In this document: piece by piece, positions 35,825 to 44,738 of the stretch
How the letters are laid out: each line of letters opens with the position of its first letter
Numbering within the stretch: position 1 is the stretch's first letter
DNA from: an uncultured Kiloniellales bacterium
GTDB taxonomy: Bacteria; Actinomycetota; Acidimicrobiia; Spongiisociales; UBA5794
Assembly: GCA_964195155.1 (NCBI GenBank)
Contig: CAXMOP010000015.1
Location: 10,056-74,055 of the forward strand
Reading direction: 5' to 3'
DNA: 64,000 nucleotides
Translations under genes and position numbers: made by a program
Notes under the pieces: generated by a model
The model's input: only the letters and a program-made list of their open reading frames with translations
What the model was told of the DNA's origin: nothing
Databases searched by the model: none

Positions 35825-36529
35825 TTAGGACTCGAGCAGGGTCGACAACGGCACGAACGAGTCGATGATCGCCTGACACACCGCATCAGGAATCGACGCC
35901 CTGCAGAACATCTCGTAGCGGAGACCACCTTCGGTCCATCCGAGGTTGACCCCGTCGGGCACGAGGATGGGAACGATGTCGCTGCGGCCCGCCCCGGCGT
36001 CTCCTGGAGCAGCGCCCACCCGAAGGACACCAAGCTGACCCTCGGTGACCGTGTATGGCTCGACCGACCACAGCCCGAACGCGACCGACGTATTGCCGTC
36101 AAGCTCGCTGGTGGCGCGGTCGAACACCAATTGACTGGTGATCCATTGGACGTCTTCGGGCACCAGTCCGGGAAAGCGAACGGTCGGCAGCGCGCCGGCG
36201 ATCTCGTGGCGGCTTGCCTGGACGAACCGGCTTCCGATCTGACGCGCCCATACCGCCTGCACGATCCGGGTCGGTCCGATAATCGCGGCGTCGCCGAGAT
36301 CGTCGTTGGACCACAGGAGGTCGCTGGTTCCCACCAGCCCCTCATTCGCTACCTCGAACACCACCCTGGCCTCTGTGGTAGTCGTGGCAGGCACGCCCTC
36401 CTGCACCCACTCGCTCGACCGATCGCCAAGACCGTCGAGCGGTCCACTCTCCCCGCAAGCTGCGACAACGAGCAAGAGCACGGCGATGCCGCCCACCCTG
36501 CTCACAACGGTCATTGCGTTCCCGGTCAC
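35825..36529 (-). CDS. putative lipoprotein
   Basis: MTGNAMTVVSRVGGIAVLLLVVAACGE signal peptide with lipobox VAAC. Ends 2 nt before the next lipoprotein start. Confidence 0.65.
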   Translation of the reverse strand: MTGNAMTVVSRVGGIAVLLLVVAACGESGPLDGLGDRSSEWVQEGVPATTTTEARVVFEVANEGLVGTSDLLWSNDDLGDAAIIGPTRIVQAVWARQIGSRFVQASRHEIAGALPTVRFPGLVPEDVQWITSQLVFDRATSELDGNTSVAFGLWSVEPYTVTEGQLGVLRVGAAPGDAGAGRSDIVPILVPDGVNLGWTEGGLRYEMFCRASIPDAVCQAIIDSFVPLSTLLES

Positions 36530-36609
36530 GGTGGGAGTTTGCCACTGAGCGGCCGATACTGAAGGACTCGCAAGACGCTACGTCGCAGGTGAACACAGAA
36601 ACTCCTGCT

Positions 36610-36637
36610 CGCGACTCGCGACTCGCGACTCGCGACT
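36610..36637 (-). repeat. heptanucleotide microsatellite (CGCGACT x4 on plus = GAGTCGC-type on minus)
   Basis: Four perfect units read directly, 15 nt upstream of the lplA-like ATG and 81 nt upstream of the lipoprotein operon start. Confidence 0.9.
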
Positions 36638-36652
36638 CGGTAGTCTGTCGGC

Positions 36653-37405
36653 ATGCCCGAGCGGACCATACGCGTTGTCCGCGATGGGTTCCCGCATCAG
36701 ATGGCGCTCGACACCGCGGTATCTCGCGTACTGCTGTCGGAGGCCTCACTTCCTGGAGCAGGCGAAACGCTTCGCCTCTCCATTCCGGGCCGGGCGGTGG
36801 CATTCGGAAAGCACGACACGTTGTCGCCCGGATTCGCCAAGGCCGTGGTGGCGGCACGAAATGCCGGATTCGAACCGTTCCTGCGCCTCGCAGGCGGTCG
36901 CGCCGCCGCCTTCCACGAGGGGACGGTGGCGATCGCGTGGACGATCCCAGCTGAGCGCCCGATCGATGGGATCCGCGAGCGTTTCGCCGCCGCCTCCGAC
37001 CTGGTCGTAGATACGCTCGCCGCGCTTGGAGTCGCCGCCGCTGTCGGAGCGGTCCCTGGTGAGTATTGCCCGGGCGAGTACAGCGTCCATACCGGACCGG
37101 CCAAGGTGGCGGGAGTCGGCCAGCGCCTCACCAAGTCGGCGGCGATGATCGGCGGCGTCGTCGTCGTCGAGGGTGGGGATCTGGTCCGCGACGCCCTGGT
37201 GCCGGTGTACGACGCGCTCGGGCTCGAGTGGATCCCCAGCACAGCGGGAGCGTTGTCCGATACCGTCCCCGGCATCCAGCCCCACGAGGTAGTGCAAGCG
37301 ATGATCGATCAGCTTGGTAATCGGGGGGCGGTTGAGACGGCTTCCTTGTCCGGCGAGGTCATCAAGACCGCCCAGGTGATGAGGACCGAGTTCGACGCGC
37401 GATAG
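36653..37405 (+). CDS. lipoate-protein ligase / biotin-lipoate A/B ligase family protein
   Basis: 250 aa. GRAVAFGKHD...LRLAGGRAAAFHEGT...GEYS...KVAGVGQR pattern of the BPL/LPL catalytic domain. Confidence 0.7.
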   Translation: MPERTIRVVRDGFPHQMALDTAVSRVLLSEASLPGAGETLRLSIPGRAVAFGKHDTLSPGFAKAVVAARNAGFEPFLRLAGGRAAAFHEGTVAIAWTIPAERPIDGIRERFAAASDLVVDTLAALGVAAAVGAVPGEYCPGEYSVHTGPAKVAGVGQRLTKSAAMIGGVVVVEGGDLVRDALVPVYDALGLEWIPSTAGALSDTVPGIQPHEVVQAMIDQLGNRGAVETASLSGEVIKTAQVMRTEFDAR

Positions 37406-37443
37406 CGCTTGCCCATCGCTGCTCAACCGCCGAGACTCCCGGC

Positions 37444-37875
37444 ATGCGGATCAGCGTCATCAACGGACCAAACCTCAACCTGCTCGGCACCCGCCAGCCG
37501 GAGATCTACGGCGATTGGAGTCTCGACCGGCTCGACAAGGCCTGCCGGGATTGGGCGGCCGAGGTCGGCGCCACCGTCGACACCTACCAGTCCAATCACG
37601 AGGGCGACCTGATCGACCGGCTCCACGAGGCTCGGCGGAGCGCCGAAGGCGTCGTCATCAATCCCGGGGCACTCACCCACTACTCGTACGCCATTCGCGA
37701 CGCCATCGTTGCGATCGAGCTTCCCACCGTGGAAGTCCACCTTTCCAACATCAAGGAACGAGAAGCGTGGCGCCGTGACTCGGTCGTCGAAGCAGTGTGC
37801 GTGGCGACCTTCGCCGGTCGCGGGGTCGACGGATACCGGGACGCCATCTTGCACCTCGCCGCCGCCGCCGAATAG
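37444..37875 (+). CDS. aroQ: type II 3-dehydroquinate dehydratase
   Basis: MRISVINGPNLNLLGTRQPEIYG...QSNHEG...INPGALTHYS. Stop TAG 37873..37875 lies in the MITE F terminus. Confidence 0.92.
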   Translation: MRISVINGPNLNLLGTRQPEIYGDWSLDRLDKACRDWAAEVGATVDTYQSNHEGDLIDRLHEARRSAEGVVINPGALTHYSYAIRDAIVAIELPTVEVHLSNIKEREAWRRDSVVEAVCVATFAGRGVDGYRDAILHLAAAAE

Positions 37876-37987
37876 AACGGTGTTGAACAATGACGCTGCC
37901 CTGAGCCGCCGCTCGCTTGAGTGTTGCGGTGACTCGGTTTCTCCAGTCAGCGCCGGCACGCTGGAGGATTGCTCAACACCCTTCTAG
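37872..37987 (+). mobile_element. MITE-like repeat, copy F (full length)
   Basis: aTA|GAACGGTGTTGAACAATGAC...GGTGACTCGGTTTCTCCAGTCAGCGCCGGCACGCTGGAGGATTGCTCAACACCCTTC|TAg. Confidence 0.85.
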
Positions 37988-37992
37988 TGGAC

Positions 37993-39201
37993 TCAGCCAA
38001 CGAGCTCTTGCAGTCGGGAGAGTCCCTCCACGAGCTCGTCGTCTGCGAGGGCGAATGAGAACCGGGCGTATCCCGGGGCGCCGAACGCCTCGCCGGGTAC
38101 CACGGCGATCTTGATTTCGTCCAGCAGCAAGCCAGCAAGGTCCATCGTCGTTGCAGCCGAGCGGCCGGCAACGTCGACACCGAGAAGGCCGGAGAGGTTT
38201 GGAAAGGTGTAGAAGGCACCGTCCGGCATCTCACATTTGATGCCCGGTACGGCGTTCAGCATTTCGACCATAGTTTGGCGACGCCGGTCAAACGCCTCAC
38301 GCATGGCGTTCGGGGCATCATCGGGCCCGGTCAACGCCGCAAGCGCGGCGGCCTGGGCCACGTTGGACACGTTCGAGGACAGATGGCTCTGAACCCGCGT
38401 CGCTGCTTCGGCGACCGACGTTGGCCCAATCAGCCACCCGACGCGCCATCCCGTCATCGCATAGGTCTTGGACACACCGCTGATGACCACCGAGCGCGCC
38501 CCGAGCTCGGGGACGACCGCAGGCAACGAGTGAAAGGTGGCGTCGCCGTAGATGAGCCGGTAATAGATCTCATCGGTCACCACCCAGATGCCCGCATCTG
38601 CGGCCCATCGGCCGATCGCTTCCATCCGATCTCTCGGATAAACCGCTCCGGTGGGGTTGGAAGGCGATACGAACAGCAACGCACGGGTCCGCTCGTTCGT
38701 CGCCGCCTCCAACTGATCGACGGTCACCTCGAAGCCCGACTCGTCGCTCGTGTCCACATACACCGGGACCCCGCTCGCCAACTCGATCGAGGCTGGGTAC
38801 GTCACCCAGTACGGGGCGGGGATCAGGACCTCGTCACCGGGGTCGAGCAACAGTTGGAAGGCCGTGAACACGGCCTGTTTCGCCCCGTTGGTCACGACCA
38901 CCTGGGAGGCGTCGACATCCAGGCCGTAGTCGCGATGGGAAGCCGCGATCGCTTCCCTGAGATCGGGAAACCCCGGCGTTGCCGAGTAGTGATGCATCGC
39001 CGGATCCCTCGCGGCGGCAATGGCCGCATCGACGATATAGCCGGGGGTGGAAAAATCGGGCTCGCCCGCCCCGAAGCTGATGACCGGCTCCCCGGCGGCG
39101 CGAAGCCTTTTTGCCTCGGCGGCGATTGCCAGGGTCGCGGACGGTTCGATGCCGGCGGCGCGCTGCGAGATCGGAGGATGCCCCGGCGGCATCGAAGTCA
39201 T
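37993..39201 (-). CDS. pyridoxal-phosphate-dependent aminotransferase, class I (aspartate aminotransferase-like)
   Basis: 402 aa. SFGAGEPDF, NPTG, SGVSKTYAMTGWRVG PLP-lysine motif. Confidence 0.85.
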   Translation of the reverse strand: MTSMPPGHPPISQRAAGIEPSATLAIAAEAKRLRAAGEPVISFGAGEPDFSTPGYIVDAAIAAARDPAMHHYSATPGFPDLREAIAASHRDYGLDVDASQVVVTNGAKQAVFTAFQLLLDPGDEVLIPAPYWVTYPASIELASGVPVYVDTSDESGFEVTVDQLEAATNERTRALLFVSPSNPTGAVYPRDRMEAIGRWAADAGIWVVTDEIYYRLIYGDATFHSLPAVVPELGARSVVISGVSKTYAMTGWRVGWLIGPTSVAEAATRVQSHLSSNVSNVAQAAALAALTGPDDAPNAMREAFDRRRQTMVEMLNAVPGIKCEMPDGAFYTFPNLSGLLGVDVAGRSAATTMDLAGLLLDEIKIAVVPGEAFGAPGYARFSFALADDELVEGLSRLQELVG

Positions 39202-39281
39202 GGGCGGGCAGCGCTTCGGCGCGATCCTGGCTGTCGTGGTATCACTATTCTCCCACTCTCCCGGCCCAGCACGATAGGCAC

Positions 39282-40403
39282 ATGAGCGATATCGACTCGA
39301 CCTCCCTACCCGATCACCTCCTCCCGAGCGACGGGCGGTTTGGCTCCGGGCCCGCGTTGATCCGCGGCGATGCCGTAGCGAGGCTCGCCGACGTGGCCGA
39401 TCACTACCTCGGGACCAGCCACCGGCGAGAAGGGGTCAAACGCGTGGTTCGCGACATCAGGATGGGAGTCGCATCCCTCTACGGGCTCCCGGACGGCCAC
39501 GAGGTCGCGCTCGGCGTCGGCGGCGCCACCATGTTCTGGGAAGTCGCCGCCCATTCGCTCATCGAGCACAAGAGCCAGCACCTGTCCATCGGCGAGTTCT
39601 CCGCGAAGTTCGCCGCCGTGGTCGCCGGTATGAGTCACCTCGAGAAGCCGACGATCATTACCGCTCCCGCCGGCTCCGCCGCCGCTCCGATGTCGGACCC
39701 CGAGATCGACGCCTTTGCCCTGATCCACAACGAGACCTCGACCGGAGTGATAGCACCGCTGTCTCGCCCGCAGCCCGGTGCACTCGTTCTAGTAGACGGA
39801 ACCTCGGCAGCGGGCGCGGTGCCGGTCGAGCCCGCCGTCTTCGACGTGTACTACTTCTCGCCGCAGAAGGCGTTCGGCTCGGAGGGCGGTCTCTGGCTGG
39901 CACTTTGCTCACCGGATGCGGCGAGCCGGGCCGAGCGGCTCGCCACCGAGCGCACCATCTCGCCGATGTCTTCGCTCCAGGTTGCCCTGGAAAACTCCAG
40001 ACAGGACCAGACCTACAACACGCCGGCGCTCGCCACCCTCTTTCTGCTCGCCGACCAGATCTCCTGGATCGACGCCAACGGCGGGCTGGCGTGGGCGGAG
40101 GCGCGCAGTCGCGCCTCGGCTTCGATCGTCTACCAATGGGCGGAGAGCTCCCCGTACGCGACACCGTTCGTGACGGAGCCCGATCTCCGCAGCCCGACCG
40201 TGGTGACGGTGGACCTCGATGAGGCGGTCTCTGCGGAGGCGGTCGCCGCGGTGCTGCGCGCCAATGGGATCGTTGACGTGCTCGGGTATCGAAAGATCGG
40301 ACACAACCAGCTCCGGATCGCCACCTTTCCCGGCATCGAGCCTTCCGACGTCGAGCGCCTGGTGGCGGCAATCGAATTCGTCGTGGCGCGGGAGTCGAGC
40401 TAG
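39282..40403 (+). CDS. serC: phosphoserine aminotransferase (actinobacterial type)
   Basis: From MSDIDSTSLPDHLLPSDGRFGSGPA...HNETSTGV...YYFSPQKAFGSEGG. The upstream part of ORF 39111.. is antisense to the aminotransferase. Confidence 0.8.
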   Translation: MSDIDSTSLPDHLLPSDGRFGSGPALIRGDAVARLADVADHYLGTSHRREGVKRVVRDIRMGVASLYGLPDGHEVALGVGGATMFWEVAAHSLIEHKSQHLSIGEFSAKFAAVVAGMSHLEKPTIITAPAGSAAAPMSDPEIDAFALIHNETSTGVIAPLSRPQPGALVLVDGTSAAGAVPVEPAVFDVYYFSPQKAFGSEGGLWLALCSPDAASRAERLATERTISPMSSLQVALENSRQDQTYNTPALATLFLLADQISWIDANGGLAWAEARSRASASIVYQWAESSPYATPFVTEPDLRSPTVVTVDLDEAVSAEAVAAVLRANGIVDVLGYRKIGHNQLRIATFPGIEPSDVERLVAAIEFVVARESS

Positions 40404-40405
40404 CC

Positions 40406-41920
40406 GTGGAAACCCGGCCTTTTCCCGAGTATGACGACCATGATGCAGTCGGGCTCGCCGCGCTGGTCGCGGAGGGCGCGGTTCATCCCAGCGAGCTCGT
40501 CGAGGCCGCGGTTCAGCGGATCGAAGCTGCCAACCCGGCGGTGAACGCCGTTGTTCGCGGTCGCTTCGACGCCGCCCGACAAGACGCCGCGGGCGCAACG
40601 CAGACGGGGCCCTTTGCCGGGGTGCCGACCTTGATCAAGGATCTCGTCGCCGAGGAAGGTGAGGCGGTCAGCTATGGGTGCGTCTTTTTTCGTGATTTCG
40701 TAGCCGAGGTGACCGGCGAGTTTCGTCGCAGGATCGACGAGGCCGGGTTCATCGACCTGGGCAGGACGAACACTCCTGAGTTCGGGTTACTTCCGACCAC
40801 CGAGCCTTCGCTGCATGGTCCCACGAGAAACCCGTGGGACCTCAGCAGGTCGGCAGGTGGCTCCAGCGGCGGCGCCGCGGCTGCGGTGGCCGCAGGGATG
40901 GTTCCGCTTGCGCAGGGAAGCGACGGCGGCGGATCGATACGAATCCCGGCATCGGCGTGCGGATTGTTCGGTTTGAAGGCATCGAGGGGCCGTCTTCCCC
41001 GGCATCCGCCCTTTCCGAGCGACTCGTTCTCGGTTGACGGATCGTTGACACGGACGGTGCGCGATACCGCTGCGTTCCTCGACGCCGTCCACGGTGCGAC
41101 TCCGGGCGAGCAGTACCGGGCGCCGGCCCCGTCCCGGCCCTTCGCCGATGCCGTCGGATCCGAGCCCGGGCCGCTCCGCGTCGCCTACTCGGTGCGGGAC
41201 TTTCGGGGCAGGCGGGTCCATCCCGACTGCGAGGCCGCGGTCATGGAGACGGTGGAAATCCTGGCCGGTCTCGGTCACGACGTCACCGAAGCTGCGCCGG
41301 CGATCGACGGCGCCGCGGCAAGCGACGCATTTCTCTTGTTCTGGGAGGCGATGACAGCACACGCCATCTCCCTGGTACTCGACGGGCGGGAGGCACTCGA
41401 TCGGCGCGTTCGTGGGATCCGCCGGCTCGCCGGTGACTATCGCACGATGAAGCTGATCAGCCGCGTCGTCGAGCGCGAAGCCGCGGCGCCGGCATTTGAG
41501 CCGTTCACGCTCGAGCTGGTGAGCCGCTCGGGGCGGCGAGCACCCAGAGACCTGTTGAGCGCGGAGATCACGCTGCAAACGATCGCCCATCAGACCGGTC
41601 GCTTTTTGGACGGCTACGACGTCTTCCTCACTCCGGTCCTCGGTTCCCCTCCCCTGGAGATCGGCGCCATCGACCAGACACTGCCCTGGCCCGAGCTGGT
41701 CGAGCTGCTGACCAGCTACGTTGCCTTCACCCCCCTCGCCAACTTCGCCGGCCTGCCCGCAATGTCGGTTCCCCTGTACTGGACCAATGGTGGCCTGCCG
41801 GTCGGCTCGCACTTCCTCGGACGATTCGGAGCGGAGGACACGCTGCTGAGCCTCGCCGGTCAGCTCGAGGCAGCGAAACCCTGGGTGGACAAGAAGCCCC
41901 CCGTCTTGGCGGAGGTATAG
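40406..41920 (+). CDS. amidase (amidase-signature family)
   Basis: GGSSGGAAAAVAAGMVPLAQGSDGGGSIRIPAS signature. GTG start 3 nt after the serC stop. Confidence 0.85.
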   Translation: METRPFPEYDDHDAVGLAALVAEGAVHPSELVEAAVQRIEAANPAVNAVVRGRFDAARQDAAGATQTGPFAGVPTLIKDLVAEEGEAVSYGCVFFRDFVAEVTGEFRRRIDEAGFIDLGRTNTPEFGLLPTTEPSLHGPTRNPWDLSRSAGGSSGGAAAAVAAGMVPLAQGSDGGGSIRIPASACGLFGLKASRGRLPRHPPFPSDSFSVDGSLTRTVRDTAAFLDAVHGATPGEQYRAPAPSRPFADAVGSEPGPLRVAYSVRDFRGRRVHPDCEAAVMETVEILAGLGHDVTEAAPAIDGAAASDAFLLFWEAMTAHAISLVLDGREALDRRVRGIRRLAGDYRTMKLISRVVEREAAAPAFEPFTLELVSRSGRRAPRDLLSAEITLQTIAHQTGRFLDGYDVFLTPVLGSPPLEIGAIDQTLPWPELVELLTSYVAFTPLANFAGLPAMSVPLYWTNGGLPVGSHFLGRFGAEDTLLSLAGQLEAAKPWVDKKPPVLAEV

Positions 41921-42397
41921 GTGCACGAGCTCCCCGAGGCCACCGAGCGGGTGGTGCGCGCCGCAGAGGGTCTCGGCCTGACCATTCAGCCAATCGTGTT
42001 TCCCGAGGGAACCAAGACCTCGGCAGAAGCAGCCGCCGCGGTCGGGGCCGACCTGGCCCAGATCGCCAAGTCGCTGGTGTTCATCGTCGATACCGATCCG
42101 GTGCTGGTCTTGATGTCGGGAGATCACCGGGTGGACACGGAGCGGCTGGCGGCCACCCTGGATGCAGACGATGCCCGTCGCGCAACCCTCGAGGAGTGCC
42201 GGGATGCCACCGGCTATGCCGCCGGCGGCACACCCGCCTTTGGCCACCCCCGCTCGATGGTCGTCGTGGCCGACCGTTCACTCATGCGCAATGAGGATGT
42301 CTGGTCGGCCGCCGGCACCCCGACAACGGTTTACCCGATCAAGCTCAGCGATCTCGTGCGGGCTGCTGGTGCACGATGGGTCGATGTTGCGGAATGA
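41921..42397 (+). CDS. YbaK/EbsC family aminoacyl-tRNA deacylase domain protein
   Basis: 158 aa. ...IAKSLVF...VLVLMSGDHRVD...GYAAGGTPAFGHP pattern. GTG start directly follows the amidase stop. Confidence 0.7.
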   Translation: MHELPEATERVVRAAEGLGLTIQPIVFPEGTKTSAEAAAAVGADLAQIAKSLVFIVDTDPVLVLMSGDHRVDTERLAATLDADDARRATLEECRDATGYAAGGTPAFGHPRSMVVVADRSLMRNEDVWSAAGTPTTVYPIKLSDLVRAAGARWVDVAE

Positions 42398-42400
42398 GAT

Positions 42401-42420
42401 GCGAGTCGCGAGTCGCGAGA
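42401..42420 (+). repeat. heptanucleotide microsatellite (GCGAGTC x2 plus GCGAGA)
   Basis: Begins 3 nt after the ybaK-like stop codon, in the sense orientation. Confidence 0.85.
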
Positions 42421-42484
42421 CAAGGGTTTCGCTCTGTTCGTCCTCCCGACTCGAGAACCGGCGATTGACCGGTAGTGTCGCCCC

Positions 42485-42985
42485 GTGCGCCGGCTGATTC
42501 TCTTTCGCCACGGTAAGTCCGACTGGGACGCCGAATACGCCGAGGACCATGGGCGCCCGCTGAACGAGCGCGGCGAGCGAGCGGCAGCGACCATGGGGGC
42601 GTTGCTTCGCGAGATGGGTGAGGCACCCGACCGCATCGTCTCCTCGACCGCAGTCCGGGCCGAGTCGACCGTAGAGATTGCCCGGCTGTCGGGCGGATGG
42701 TCTGCACCGCTCGAGCTGAGCGGCGACCTGTACGGGACATCACCCGCCGGCGCCCTCTCCGTTGCTGCGCGATACGGAAGAGACGCCGACCGCCTGATGC
42801 TCGTCGGCCACGAACCGACCTGGTCGATGCTGGTCACCCACTTGACCGGCGGGCGTGTCGACATGCGCACCGGCTCGATGGTCGGCATCGATCTCGCATT
42901 GGGCGACTGGGCAGAAGCCGTCGATGCGGGGGGAACCGTCGCCTATGCCGTGCATCCCAAGCTATTCGCGGATTGGGCGCCATGA
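42485..42985 (+). CDS. histidine phosphatase family protein (SixA-like)
   Basis: RLILFRHGKS RHG motif, 166 aa, GTG start. Confidence 0.75.
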   Translation: MRRLILFRHGKSDWDAEYAEDHGRPLNERGERAAATMGALLREMGEAPDRIVSSTAVRAESTVEIARLSGGWSAPLELSGDLYGTSPAGALSVAARYGRDADRLMLVGHEPTWSMLVTHLTGGRVDMRTGSMVGIDLALGDWAEAVDAGGTVAYAVHPKLFADWAP

Positions 42986-44016
42986 TCGACCTGCGATCCG
43001 ACACGGTCACCAAGCCAAACGAGGCGATGCGAGCGGCAATGGCGAGCGCTGCGGTCGGAGACGATGTCTTCGGCGACGATCCGACCGTGAATGCCCTCGA
43101 GCGCACCGTCGCCGAACTACTGGGCAAACAAGACGCGGTATATGTGCCTTCGGGAACGATGGCGAACCAGGTTGCGCTTCGCTCCCAGACGACACCCGGC
43201 GATCGGGTGGTCATGGAGGCGCTCGCACACATCCGCCACCACGAGAGCGGTGCCGCGGCGGCGCTGTCCGGCGTGACCATTGCGCCCATCCCCGGCCGGC
43301 ACGGGGTGTTCAGTGCCGAGCAACTGATCGCAGCCGCTCCCCCAGCGCCGAAGGACTTGCCGATCAGCCTCTATGACCCGGTGACTCTGGTCACGGTGGA
43401 GAACACCCACAACGAGGCCGGGGGAACCATCTGGCCGCTTCCGACGACGCAGGCCGTTGTTGGTGCGGCCAAGGACCTCGGCATCGCTGCCCACCTCGAC
43501 GGCGCCCGTTTGTGGAACGCCACAGCAGCTACCGGGATCCCCGAAGCCGACTACGCCGACGGATTCGACACGGTCGGCGTCTGTTTCTCGAAGGGTCTGG
43601 GTGCACCCGTTGGGTCGGCCGTCGCCGGTTCGGGGAACGTCATCGACCGTGCCCGTCGCTACAAGAAGATGTACGGCGGTGGTTTTCGCCAGGCGGGCAT
43701 CATCGCCGCGGGTGCGCTGTACGCGCTCGAGCATCACCGGGAGCGCCTCGTCGAGGACCACGACAACGCCCGCCGCTTCGCCGAATCCCTCGCCGATCAT
43801 CCCGGGACTGAAGTCGACCTGGCCTCTGTGCAGACCAACATCGTGTTCTTTGCGGTGAGCCATCCGTCCGACGTCGTCGATCGCTGCGCCGTGGACGGTG
43901 TTGCCATGCTGACGGCGGACCCGAAACGAATCAGAGCGGTGTTCCACCTCGACGTGTCGCACGATGACACCAGCCGCGCCATCGATGTGGTGACGCGCAT
44001 AACGGCCTCGTCGTAG
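42982..44016 (+). CDS. ltaE: low-specificity L-threonine aldolase (beta-eliminating lyase family)
   Basis: MIDLRSDTVTKPNEAMRAAM...DDVFGDDPTVN...PSGTMANQ. ATGA overlap with the preceding gene. Confidence 0.85.
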   Translation: MIDLRSDTVTKPNEAMRAAMASAAVGDDVFGDDPTVNALERTVAELLGKQDAVYVPSGTMANQVALRSQTTPGDRVVMEALAHIRHHESGAAAALSGVTIAPIPGRHGVFSAEQLIAAAPPAPKDLPISLYDPVTLVTVENTHNEAGGTIWPLPTTQAVVGAAKDLGIAAHLDGARLWNATAATGIPEADYADGFDTVGVCFSKGLGAPVGSAVAGSGNVIDRARRYKKMYGGGFRQAGIIAAGALYALEHHRERLVEDHDNARRFAESLADHPGTEVDLASVQTNIVFFAVSHPSDVVDRCAVDGVAMLTADPKRIRAVFHLDVSHDDTSRAIDVVTRITASS

Positions 44017-44034
44017 GGCCGGCGCTAGCCGATC

Positions 44035-44733
44035 GTGCCGGAGGACCGTCCAACCCTGTCTGATCGATACGAGATCGAAGCTGCCGGTCAGGGGATTCGG
44101 GCCGCGGATCTGTCGCGCGTTGACCGGCAACGGATCGCCGAGCAGTGGCTCGCAGAACAGTATTCCGGCTTCGAGCTGCTCGGCGCTGCCAGCGGCGAGC
44201 CCATCGCGATCACGACCTACGACGACGATTGGCCCCGGGTCTTCACCGTGTGGGAAGGTCGGCTCTCGAGGGCCTTGGGCGCAATAGCGCCGCGAATCGA
44301 GCACGTCGGCTCGACCGCAGTGCCGGGGTTGGCAGCGAAACCGGTCGTCGACATTCAAGTGGCCGTGAGGGTGCTCGAGGACGAAGCGGCGTATATCCCC
44401 GCCATCGAGTCGACGGGCGTTCCCCTGCGCTCACGACACGACGAGGATCGATATTTTCGTGCCCCGCCGGACGCGCCCCGCGTTGTGCAGATCCACGTGT
44501 GCGAGGCCGGTGGGGCATGGCAGCGCAACCACCTGCTGTTCCGTGACTATCTCCGCGCCGATGCCGATACGCGGCGCGCCTATGAGGAGCTCAAGTGGGA
44601 TCTCGCCGAGCGCTACCGCGACGACCGGATGGCCTACACCGAGGGCAAGACTCCGTTTATCCGGGCAGCCATACAACGAGCCGAAGTATGGGCCGAAGCG
44701 ACCGGTTGGACGGTAGGAGCTCGCGCCTCGTAA
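44035..44733 (+). CDS. GrpB family protein (UPF0157)
   Basis: YDDDWPRVF...IEHVGSTAVPGLAAKPVVDIQV...DYLRADADTRRAYEELK. The N-terminal ~55 aa extension makes the start uncertain. Confidence 0.7.
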   Translation: MPEDRPTLSDRYEIEAAGQGIRAADLSRVDRQRIAEQWLAEQYSGFELLGAASGEPIAITTYDDDWPRVFTVWEGRLSRALGAIAPRIEHVGSTAVPGLAAKPVVDIQVAVRVLEDEAAYIPAIESTGVPLRSRHDEDRYFRAPPDAPRVVQIHVCEAGGAWQRNHLLFRDYLRADADTRRAYEELKWDLAERYRDDRMAYTEGKTPFIRAAIQRAEVWAEATGWTVGARAS

Positions 44734-44738
44734 CTCGC

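Noticed and set aside
40787-42247. 486-aa minus-strand ORF
   Set aside because: It is antisense to the amidase and YbaK-like genes, which have clear family signatures. The composition is not protein-like.
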